The notes under the pieces: model-generated
Databases searched by the model: none
The model's input: only the letters and a program-made list of their open reading frames with translations
What the model was told of the DNA's origin: nothing
Assembly: GCA_964567855.1 (NCBI GenBank)
Contig: CAZMOE010000008.1
Coordinates: 4,921 to 68,920, forward strand
Source: an uncultured Prevotellaceae bacterium
GTDB lineage: Bacteria; Bacteroidota; Bacteroidia; Bacteroidales; UBA3663
Reading direction: 5' to 3'
DNA length: 64,000 bases
Shown here: one piece after another, positions 9,722 to 17,302 of the stretch
Layout of the letters: each line of letters starts with the position of its first letter
Numbering within the stretch: the first letter of the stretch is position 1
Translations under genes and position numbers: made by a program

Positions 9722-12070
9722 ATGCGTTCCTATTTCGTTTTCCTTTCACGCAACAAACTCTATACCGCGATCAATTTTCTGGGACTGACCGTATCGCTTG
9801 CATTCATCATTCTCATTGCCAGCTATACCAGCAAACAGCTGCAAACCGATTCTTTCCAGGAAAATGCCGACCGCATCTATTTCGTGGGTAGCCAGCGGGG
9901 CTTCAACACTTGCTACTGGCTGCAAAGGTATCTTGTGAATCGTTACCCCGAAATCGAGGCGGCCACGGCCTTGGAGGCCGACATCATGGAAGTTTCGGCC
10001 GGTGAGAACCACCTTTCAACCCAAGAATGCTGTCTGATGGCCGACAGTTCATTTTTCGACATGTTTACCATTCCCGTTTTAGACGGCGACCTCTCCTCAT
10101 TCAAACTTTCCTGCCAATATTGCGTCATCAGCCAGCGATATGCCCGCCGAATTTTCGGCGACCGAAACCCTTTGGGCGAAAAGATCGACATCATCTATGA
10201 GAATCAACCCTTTTCCTTCACCGTCGGAGCGGTTATGCAAAATCTGGACAACAGCATTCTTCCCGAAGCAGCCGTCATCGTACCGGCGGAACCTCTCATG
10301 CTGACGGATACATCCAACGGCCCCAGCCTGAGTAACGTCAATGCCTGCTATACCGTCATCATGACCCACAAGGGAGCCGACATCTCGGCCCGAAGCGAAG
10401 AAATGCTTGAATATTTCAAGAAAATCCTCTGGAACTATTCAAGGGGAAGCAGTACCGCCGTGCGTTTCACGCCCCTCCAGGGCGCTTACTTCAACGACCA
10501 TTTCTCCAAACATCTCCGCGATCATTTCAACGGCGGCAACCGGGATTTCATCTCCATTCTCATCACCGTCGGCATCATCCTGCTGATCTTCGCCTTGCTC
10601 AACTATGTCAACCTGACGATAGCACAATCGGCCATGCGTGCCAAAGAAATGGCCATGCGCCGGCTTTTAGGAACCACTAAGAACGGCATTGTGTACCGGC
10701 TCATCGCCGAATCGCTGATCCTATGCCTATCGGCAAGCGCAGTGGCGTTATTACTGGCCTATGCCCTGCTTCCTGCCGCTACCGAACTGCTGGATTACCG
10801 ATTCACCCTCTTCAACGATTTCAACATCATCCCGGTAAGCATCTCCATAGGAGGCATTCTGCTCATCGGGGTGACGGCGGGCCTCATCCCGGCACTCTTA
10901 ATCTCCCGATATCATCCGATCGAGGTGGTCAAGGGATACTTCCGCTCCAAATCCAAAAGCATTTTCGGCAAATCGATGATCGGCATACAATACGCCATCA
11001 CCGTCTCCATGCTTATCGCTACCGGTATCGTCGGCCTGCAGGTAAAACACCTCATCGACGCACCTTTGGGTTATGACACCGACGACTGCATCGTCATCGA
11101 GAGGCAAGGACAACAACGCCTTGGCATATTGAAGGATAAACTATTGGCTCATCCTCAAATCGTGGCCGTAGGATTCGGCGAAGGACATCCGTTTACCGGT
11201 CTCTCGAATACTCCGATCCACTGCAACGGCAAGCATGTTCCCATGATGTGGGTCAAAGGCGATAAAGAGTACTTCAAGATACTCGGCCTTCGCGTCAAGC
11301 AGCACAACAGCTCCGATACACTGGGATACCATCGCATCTACTTCAACGAATATGCCCTCAAAGAGACCGGATATCCGGAGGATGCCACCGAAATCATCGA
11401 TGAAAAAGGCTACAAGGAAGCGTTTTCCGGCATCTACTACGACTTCCGCTTTCACGACATTCTGACACGCCCAAGAGGGGCACGTATCATCAATTACGGC
11501 GAAAGATCGCCCGACAAATGGCGTCCGAAAACCATTGTCATCAAAACCCAGGGCGACCACACTACCGCCCGACAATATGTCTCGCAAGTTTTTGAAGAGT
11601 TATATCCTGATCTCAGCCAATTAGACAGCCACTCGGCGCCCTATGTCGAAGAACTTCTGGTGCGACATTACAGCGCGGAACGCCGCCTGCTGAAAATCAT
11701 CGGTATCTTCACCGCCCTGGCCATCCTCATCTCCTCCCTCGGCCTGCTCGCCATGTCGACCTACTACATCCGGCAGCGTCGTCAGGACATCGCCATCAAG
11801 CGGGTCTTCGGGGCCTCGCAAGGAAACATTGTCGGCAGACTGGCAGGCACGTTTCTCCTTATCGTCGGCATCGCTTTTGTTGTGGCAACGCCCATCATCT
11901 ATATGATCATGCGTCACTGGCTCGAGGGATACAGCTACCGTATCGTGCAACCTGCCTGGCTCTACGCCGCGACAGCCGCCTTCGTCACGATCGTCGCTTT
12001 CTGCACCATCGCAGGCCTCGCCTTCAAAGCCGCAAGGGAAAACCCCGTCGCGGTCCTGAAGAAAGACTGA
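9722..12070 (+). CDS. ABC transporter permease, FtsX/MacB family (paralog 2 of 3)
   Basis: 782 aa, colinear with paralog 1. N-terminus MRSYFVFLSRNKLYTAINFLGL compares with MKSFFIFLSHNKLYTFINFFGL. Motifs RAKEMAMRRLLGTTK and IAIKRVFGASQGNIV. Confidence 0.9.
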   Translation: MRSYFVFLSRNKLYTAINFLGLTVSLAFIILIASYTSKQLQTDSFQENADRIYFVGSQRGFNTCYWLQRYLVNRYPEIEAATALEADIMEVSAGENHLSTQECCLMADSSFFDMFTIPVLDGDLSSFKLSCQYCVISQRYARRIFGDRNPLGEKIDIIYENQPFSFTVGAVMQNLDNSILPEAAVIVPAEPLMLTDTSNGPSLSNVNACYTVIMTHKGADISARSEEMLEYFKKILWNYSRGSSTAVRFTPLQGAYFNDHFSKHLRDHFNGGNRDFISILITVGIILLIFALLNYVNLTIAQSAMRAKEMAMRRLLGTTKNGIVYRLIAESLILCLSASAVALLLAYALLPAATELLDYRFTLFNDFNIIPVSISIGGILLIGVTAGLIPALLISRYHPIEVVKGYFRSKSKSIFGKSMIGIQYAITVSMLIATGIVGLQVKHLIDAPLGYDTDDCIVIERQGQQRLGILKDKLLAHPQIVAVGFGEGHPFTGLSNTPIHCNGKHVPMMWVKGDKEYFKILGLRVKQHNSSDTLGYHRIYFNEYALKETGYPEDATEIIDEKGYKEAFSGIYYDFRFHDILTRPRGARIINYGERSPDKWRPKTIVIKTQGDHTTARQYVSQVFEELYPDLSQLDSHSAPYVEELLVRHYSAERRLLKIIGIFTALAILISSLGLLAMSTYYIRQRRQDIAIKRVFGASQGNIVGRLAGTFLLIVGIAFVVATPIIYMIMRHWLEGYSYRIVQPAWLYAATAAFVTIVAFCTIAGLAFKAARENPVAVLKKD
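11744..12070 (+). repeat. conserved 3' block of permease paralog 2 (pairs with 9260-9586)
   Basis: See 9260-9586. Same length, same frame, no indels. The periplasmic-domain parts of the two genes are far more divergent. Confidence 0.8.
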
Positions 12071-12200
12071 CGGAGTAACCGGCGGCGCAAGACGGGAATC
12101 GGCTCCATGTAAATGATTGCCGCTTCCCGCCCTGCCGCAGGGAAGCCATATAGAGTGAGAAGGCCTTCCTTTTTTACAGAAACAACTAACTACAATCCAC

Positions 12201-14531
12201 ATGCGATCTTATTTCACATTTCTTTCACGTAATAAGGCATACACAGGCATCGAAATCCTCGGACTTTCAGTATCCATGGCCTTCATTATCCTGATTTTTT
12301 GCCATATCAAGCATGAAATCAGCATACCGACGATGATACCGGGATATGAAAATACCTATCTTATCCATCTCAGTGAAACCCCACACACACCATACGACAC
12401 AGGTGACCAACTCAAGGAAACCATTCCCGAAATCGCCGACATTTGCCGAATACATGATCCTTACGATTGTACGGTAACGGCAGGCGAGTTTGAACTTTAT
12501 AATATCAATGTATGTGGTATGGAAAGCAATTGGGCGGATTTCTTCCCAACCGACGTTATCGATGGCTCCATCACCGATTTTACTGATGTCCGAAATGCAA
12601 TCATCACCAGGCAATTGGCCGACAAGTTATTCAGCGATAAAGAATCGGCTGTCGGGCAAACCATTACCATAGAAAAACAAAATTATACCGTTTCGGGAGT
12701 CATCGATCCGGCCAACTTGCAGATATTCGAGTCTTTCAACATCATCGTTAATATCCGTTCCGCTCTGTTCAAGAAACTGACCGAAGGAAAAGAGAGTTCC
12801 GACAACATGGCATTCCTTTCCTTCATAAAAACCGCTCCCGGCGTAGAAGAAGAACTCCTCGCCCAAAAGTGGGATGAATATGCCCGCACCCGCTGGAAAA
12901 GTCATTTTGATATCGGATGGGAAACCGAAACAGGAGTTACCCGCTTGGATAAGCTCTACTTTCATAGCACATCCTTTTTTTTCATTCGTCACGGTAGCAA
13001 AAGAATGCTCTGTATCCTTTGTGCCATCGCCATCGGTCTGTTTTTCTCTGCGCTCGTCAATTACATCAATCTCGGTGTCGCTCTTGTCGGAAAACGGGCC
13101 AAGGAAATGGCCATCCGCCGGCTTTTAGGCTCTTCCAAGCACGAAATTCGCTTCCGATATTTCAAGGAATCCCTATTCCTGACCTGTGTTTGCTTTGCAT
13201 TAGGGATCGGACTGGCCTACCTCTTCGCTCCGGACTTCTACCAACTCATCGACGCTCGTACCGATCTTTTGGACCATATCGACGGATGGCACGTCGCCGC
13301 TTACCTCTTCACCATTTTGCTCACAGCCGGGCTTGCCTCTCTGCTCCCCGGTATGTTAGTCTCCAAACTGCAACCGCTTGATGTGGTCCGCGGCACATTC
13401 AAACTCAAAAGCAAAATGATCTTCTCTAAAATCTTCATCGTAATGCAAAACGTGTTGGCCATCGTGCTTACCGCCGTGACGCTGACCATGCACCATCAAA
13501 TAGAATATGCCTCACACCGCAACACGGGACTCAATAATACGGATGCCCTCGTTCTCGTCACAGCATTTTCGATGAAAGACGAATTGGCCGCCCTTCCTTG
13601 CGTAAAACGGATAGGTTACGGTTATGCCCTTCCCGGCCTCTCGAAAATGAAAATGAGTATACATACCGAAGGTAAGACCTACCAATTTGTAATATACAGC
13701 ATGGACACGACCGCTTTCCAAATCATCGGTTTCGACATACAGGAAAGATACGACAGAGCGCTTAACTATAGTATTTGGTACCCCCGTAGCACAGCGAATG
13801 CCCTTAACGTCACTCCGGAGCACTCCGCCGTCCCTAATGCGATAGCCCGCTGGAATCTGGACAATGATGCCCCCACCCCGCAACCCGGCGGCGTGACAGG
13901 AGATATACTGACCTCCGCAATATGGGAGGAAAACACATTCATGCCGACAATCTTCACAGTAGCAGATCGAAAAGACAAAAGCACACAGAGACTGCTCATC
14001 GAAACAATCGGTCCCCACGACGAAGCAAAAGCTGCTATCGGGGAGCTTTATGCCCGAATGGCAAAGACCAAGAACGTTCCGGACATCCCCGAAGAATGCG
14101 AATATCTCTCGGAAATTCCTAAAAGAGGGTTGCAACCCTTGCGCCGTACCGCGCGACTCGTCTCCATCTTCAACGGCGTGGCCCTGCTGATCGCCCTGCT
14201 GGGTCTCGTTGCCATGAGCCATTATTACACAGAACAATGTACTATGGAAATTGCAATGAGAAAGATTTACGGCGCCACCCGGAAGCAGATATTGCAAAAA
14301 CTTGCCCGCGGATATTTCTCGATGATGCTTCTCTCGACCGTTATCGCGATCCCGGTAGCTACAGTCATCTGCCGCCGCTATCTGGAAAACTATTCCTACC
14401 GCATACCGGGCCACACCGGAGAATTGGTTGCCGCCACCGCCATCACAATGATCGTCTCAGCCCTCGCCGTAGTCTGGCAAATATCCAAAGCTGCCACCGC
14501 TAATCCTATCGACACCATCAAAAAGGAATAA
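12201..14531 (+). CDS. ABC transporter permease, FtsX/MacB family (paralog 3 of 3, divergent)
   Basis: 776 aa. It has the same N-terminal signature (MRSYFTFLSRNKAYTGIEILGLS) and FtsX motifs (RAKEMAIRRLLGSSK; IAMRKIYGATRKQIL), but its periplasmic domain is largely unrelated. Confidence 0.88.
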   Translation: MRSYFTFLSRNKAYTGIEILGLSVSMAFIILIFCHIKHEISIPTMIPGYENTYLIHLSETPHTPYDTGDQLKETIPEIADICRIHDPYDCTVTAGEFELYNINVCGMESNWADFFPTDVIDGSITDFTDVRNAIITRQLADKLFSDKESAVGQTITIEKQNYTVSGVIDPANLQIFESFNIIVNIRSALFKKLTEGKESSDNMAFLSFIKTAPGVEEELLAQKWDEYARTRWKSHFDIGWETETGVTRLDKLYFHSTSFFFIRHGSKRMLCILCAIAIGLFFSALVNYINLGVALVGKRAKEMAIRRLLGSSKHEIRFRYFKESLFLTCVCFALGIGLAYLFAPDFYQLIDARTDLLDHIDGWHVAAYLFTILLTAGLASLLPGMLVSKLQPLDVVRGTFKLKSKMIFSKIFIVMQNVLAIVLTAVTLTMHHQIEYASHRNTGLNNTDALVLVTAFSMKDELAALPCVKRIGYGYALPGLSKMKMSIHTEGKTYQFVIYSMDTTAFQIIGFDIQERYDRALNYSIWYPRSTANALNVTPEHSAVPNAIARWNLDNDAPTPQPGGVTGDILTSAIWEENTFMPTIFTVADRKDKSTQRLLIETIGPHDEAKAAIGELYARMAKTKNVPDIPEECEYLSEIPKRGLQPLRRTARLVSIFNGVALLIALLGLVAMSHYYTEQCTMEIAMRKIYGATRKQILQKLARGYFSMMLLSTVIAIPVATVICRRYLENYSYRIPGHTGELVAATAITMIVSALAVVWQISKAATANPIDTIKKE

Positions 14532-14601
14532 GCCGGGAGCGATAAGGAACCAATAAACCGTTTTTCTTGTTGACAATGATGTATATTCAAACATAAAAAT
14601 C

Positions 14602-15675
14602 ATGAAAGCAAGAAATTTACTGTTAAGCATGGCCGTTGTCTGCGGCTTTACATTCAGGGCGATGGCCTGCACCGGTCTATCCCTGACCGCCTCCGACGGC
14701 AGTTATGTACAGGCCCGGACCATCGAATGGGCCGCCGAAGGATTGAAAAGCGAATACGTCATCATTCCCCGCGGCCAACAACTGGTTTCCTACACCCTCT
14801 CAGGGGCCAACGGGCTGGCGTTCAAAGCGAAGTATGGCGTCGTCGGGCTGGCTGTCGTCCAGAAAGAATTTATCGCCGAAGGGATCAACGAGGCAGGCCT
14901 GTCGGCCGGGCTTTTCTTCTTCCCCCGTTATGGAAGCTATGAAAGCTACGATCCGGCCGACAACCGTCGTACACTCGGCGATCTGCAGGTCGTGGCATGG
15001 ATGCTCTCCCAATTCAGTACTATTGACGAGATTAAGGCGGCCATCCCCTCCGTCCGTATCATCGGTCTGGAAGAAACTTCGGTGGTGCATTGGCGCATCG
15101 GAGATACTTCCGGCCGACAGGTTGTGCTTGAAATTGTCGACGGAGTGCCTCACTTTTACGACAATGAGGTCGGCGTCTTGACCAATGCCCCCGGCTATCC
15201 GTGGCATATCACCAACCTGAACAACTATGTCAATCTTTTTCCCGGCAGCGCCCCCAACCAGCAACTCGGCGGGGTCACTTTGCGCCCCATCGGAGCCAAC
15301 ACCGGCTTTCTCGGCATTCCCGGCGATGCCACACCACCCTCCCGTTTCGTCCGCATCGCTTTCTATCGCAATACCGCCCCTATCCAGCCCGATGGATTCC
15401 ACAGCGTGCTGCAATGTTTCCATTTACTCAATAACTTCGATATTCCCATCGGCATAGAAAATCCCCGGGGCCAGGCACCCGACATCCCCAGCGCGACACA
15501 ATGGACCTCGGCCATTGATTTGACTCACCGCCGGGTCTACTACAAAACCGCCTATAACAACTCCATCCGCTGCATCGATCTTTCTGAAATCGACTTCGAC
15601 AAGGTATCCTATCAGTCGCATCCGCTGGACGCTGTACAAGAGCAGCCCATCGTAAAAATCGAGATCGGAAACTGA
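14602..15675 (+). CDS. choloylglycine hydrolase family protein (Ntn hydrolase; bile-salt hydrolase / penicillin V acylase-like)
   Basis: Signal peptide ends in A-M-A directly before Cys (FRAMA|CTGLSL), which would expose the N-terminal nucleophile Cys. An Arg lies 16 residues later (ARTIEW, with Glu where BSH/PVA usually has Asp). 357 aa, typical for the family. Confidence 0.8.
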   Translation: MKARNLLLSMAVVCGFTFRAMACTGLSLTASDGSYVQARTIEWAAEGLKSEYVIIPRGQQLVSYTLSGANGLAFKAKYGVVGLAVVQKEFIAEGINEAGLSAGLFFFPRYGSYESYDPADNRRTLGDLQVVAWMLSQFSTIDEIKAAIPSVRIIGLEETSVVHWRIGDTSGRQVVLEIVDGVPHFYDNEVGVLTNAPGYPWHITNLNNYVNLFPGSAPNQQLGGVTLRPIGANTGFLGIPGDATPPSRFVRIAFYRNTAPIQPDGFHSVLQCFHLLNNFDIPIGIENPRGQAPDIPSATQWTSAIDLTHRRVYYKTAYNNSIRCIDLSEIDFDKVSYQSHPLDAVQEQPIVKIEIGN

Positions 15676-15678
15676 AAC

Positions 15679-15701
15679 AATGCCCGACCAGGTCGGGCAT
15701 T
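15679..15701 (+). terminator. hairpin terminator after the BSH-like gene
   Basis: aatgcccgac cag gtcgggcatt: perfect 10-bp stem, 3-nt loop, 4 nt after the stop codon. There is no clear U-tract. Confidence 0.5.
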
Positions 15702-15792
15702 CCCATCCAGGAATCCTTCTCCGCCCAAATGAGGGTCAGAATAAACCGGAGGGACCGCCACCGCCCGGCAACCGGCAAAAATCAAATTCAGA

Positions 15793-15839
15793 AAATATAC
15801 CTCGAAGCTCCTTTTGTCAGGTACCTCCGAGGTATATTT
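15793..15839. terminator. orphan terminator-like hairpin in non-coding DNA
   Basis: aaatatacctcg (15793-15804) pairs with cgaggtatattt (15828-15839). The loop is 23 nt. It is followed on the plus strand by cttttatc. No annotated gene ends here. Confidence 0.3.
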
Positions 15840-15994
15840 CTTTTATCACAGACCGGATACTTGTCCCAGCCCCGCTGTCATGACAATACCGTTCGGCGGA
15901 CATCGGTCCGGAAAAGTTTTCTCGGTCAAAACGGACCTCCATGACACATCCAGCCGTCTGTTCATCGCCGCTCACAGTCCGCACAGATACAAAA

Positions 15995-16054
15995 AAGAAG
16001 ATAAACCGCCTGATTATTGCATGAGAATGCTTAATCCATTCGATTTATCTTCTT
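15995..16054 (-). terminator. terminator of tRNA-Pro
   Basis: An 11-bp inverted repeat, aagaagataaa (15995-16005) / ttatcttctt-type arm (16044-54), starts 1 nt after the tRNA 3' end. On the minus strand it is followed by TTTTTTGT. Confidence 0.55.
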
Positions 16055-16055
16055 G

Positions 16056-16129
16056 TCGGGATGAGGCGACTCGAACGCCCGACCTCGCGCCCCCCAGACG
16101 TGTACTCTAACCAACTGAGCTACATCCCG
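16056..16129 (-). tRNA. tRNA-Pro (anticodon GGG)
   Basis: Minus-strand read CGGGATG TA GCTC AGTTGGTTA GAGT A CACGT CTGGGGG GCGCG AGGTC GGGCG TTCGAGT CGCCT CATCCCG A. This gives a 7-bp acceptor, a T-loop TTCGAGT and an anticodon loop CU-GGG-GG. There is one A:C mismatch in the anticodon stem. CCA is not encoded. Confidence 0.9.
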
Positions 16130-16178
16130 AACTTGTTTTTACGTATCTCTGACGGACCATTTTCCGTTTTTGACGGCG

Positions 16179-16186
16179 CAAAGATA
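16179..16186 (-). promoter_or_regulatory. sigma-A -7 motif (TAtcTTTG) upstream of tRNA-Pro
   Basis: The plus strand reads caaagata, 50 nt upstream of the tRNA 5' end. Confidence 0.4.
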
Positions 16187-16287
16187 ATCAGTGAAGACGA
16201 ATCAGCCAAATTTATTTTACATTTTCTTTTGCAAATCGGCCATTTCATTCACTTTTTTACTTCAACAAGGGGATTCGTACCGCAAAA

Positions 16288-17205
16288 TTACTCCCGGGAA
16301 AGCATAACTTCACGCACAGAGGTCGTACTGCCTTTGTTGACACGCTTCTGGAAGTCGTCATACTCACGTCCCGTATATTCGGAATAACCCAAGATATAGT
16401 CGACGATCATTTCTACATCAAATTCCAGAACGAAATACATCAATGAGGCGCCCTGCACAATGTCGGCAGCATAATTAAATGCGCAGGCCTCGCCGGCTGG
16501 AAAAAGATCGTGGGTAACCCAGCCTTGGTGGCGGCCCATTTCCTGATGCGTCTCGTTATAAAAAATAATGCTGTACTGCAAGCCCGGCAGATGGAACTGA
16601 GAATCATTCTGGACCAAGGCCACACCTTCAGAATGCCGCCCGTCATTGCGTGTCATGGTGTTCTCCACGATATGCACGTCTTCCGAAAGGCGATCATACA
16701 AGGCCTGCGAATAAACGAAGACCATCTGTTTGGCCCGGTTCATCCTGCTGGATAACTCGACATCGCTCGCCATTTCTGCGGAGGGGATACAGCCCGTATG
16801 GAGGGCGAATTTATAATACGGGTAGCGCTCCCAGCATGCCAGCCCGTAGCTGTCACGGATACTATAGAGTCCCAGCCTGTTATTGTCCGGCACCACAATA
16901 AAGACGATACGGCGCTGTACCTCCTGCTTCGTCTGCGTCACGAATACACTGTTGATCCTGACCCGAAGCCGGCCGTTCCCCTCGCGTGTTACCTCCACAA
17001 TATCCGCCTTGTCCGAACTATAGAAGAAATCCATTTGCTTAATGCCCGGATAGAGTTCTTCCATCAATGCTACATCCTGTTGCTGCCAAGCCTTGACAAA
17101 GGTCTCGATGGTCTGACGTGCTTCCTGCTCGGATTTATTTTGACAAGACGCTTCAAGAAAAAGCACACTAAAGAACATCAGCAGCGTAATTACCTTATTT
17201 GCCAT
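16288..17205 (-). CDS. hypothetical lipoprotein
   Basis: Start trimmed to MANKVITLLMFFSVLFLEASC (ATG 17203-17205; alternative ATG at 17211). It has a signal peptide with a Cys after LEAS. I recognise no family. Confidence 0.6.
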   Translation of the reverse strand: MANKVITLLMFFSVLFLEASCQNKSEQEARQTIETFVKAWQQQDVALMEELYPGIKQMDFFYSSDKADIVEVTREGNGRLRVRINSVFVTQTKQEVQRRIVFIVVPDNNRLGLYSIRDSYGLACWERYPYYKFALHTGCIPSAEMASDVELSSRMNRAKQMVFVYSQALYDRLSEDVHIVENTMTRNDGRHSEGVALVQNDSQFHLPGLQYSIIFYNETHQEMGRHQGWVTHDLFPAGEACAFNYAADIVQGASLMYFVLEFDVEMIVDYILGYSEYTGREYDDFQKRVNKGSTTSVREVMLSRE

Positions 17206-17215
17206 AAACATAATA

Positions 17216-17257
17216 CCGTTTGTTTGTTCATCATTCATCATGAAAACAAACAAACGG
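17216..17257 (-). terminator. hairpin after the LTA-synthase-family gene
   Basis: Perfect 13-bp repeat ccgtttgtttgtt / aacaaacaaacgg with a 16-nt loop, 46 nt after the stop at 17303 and only 5-11 nt before the lipoprotein start codon. Confidence 0.45.
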
Positions 17258-17302
17258 CGGCAAGCGGACTATTCGCCGGCTGTTAAGATTATGAAAATGA
17301 AG

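Noticed and set aside
12975-12982. T8 homopolymer inside permease paralog 3 (codons TCC TTT TTT TTC) as a slipped-strand phase-variation switch.
   Set aside because: This is a single short tract encoding a plausible FFF membrane segment. Nothing indicates length variation, and tracts of this size are common by chance.
13512-14414. 300-aa ORF antisense to permease paralog 3, and similar ORFs at 5580-6383 and 11621-12202.
   Set aside because: These are shadow ORFs inside well-supported transporter genes. 11621-12202 also bridges an intergenic gap without any coding signature.
15680-16110. Three overlapping plus-strand ORFs (67, 71 and 98 aa) between the BSH-like gene and the tRNA.
   Set aside because: They are mutually overlapping in different frames and Pro/Arg/Ser-rich. 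One runs through the tRNA gene and its terminator.
15676-16287. tRNA-Pro as the attachment site of a genomic island or integrative element.
   Set aside because: I found no integrase, excisionase or transposase gene in the window. I found no direct repeat of the tRNA 3' end, and no compositional break around the tRNA. Flanking genes look like ordinary chromosomal genes.
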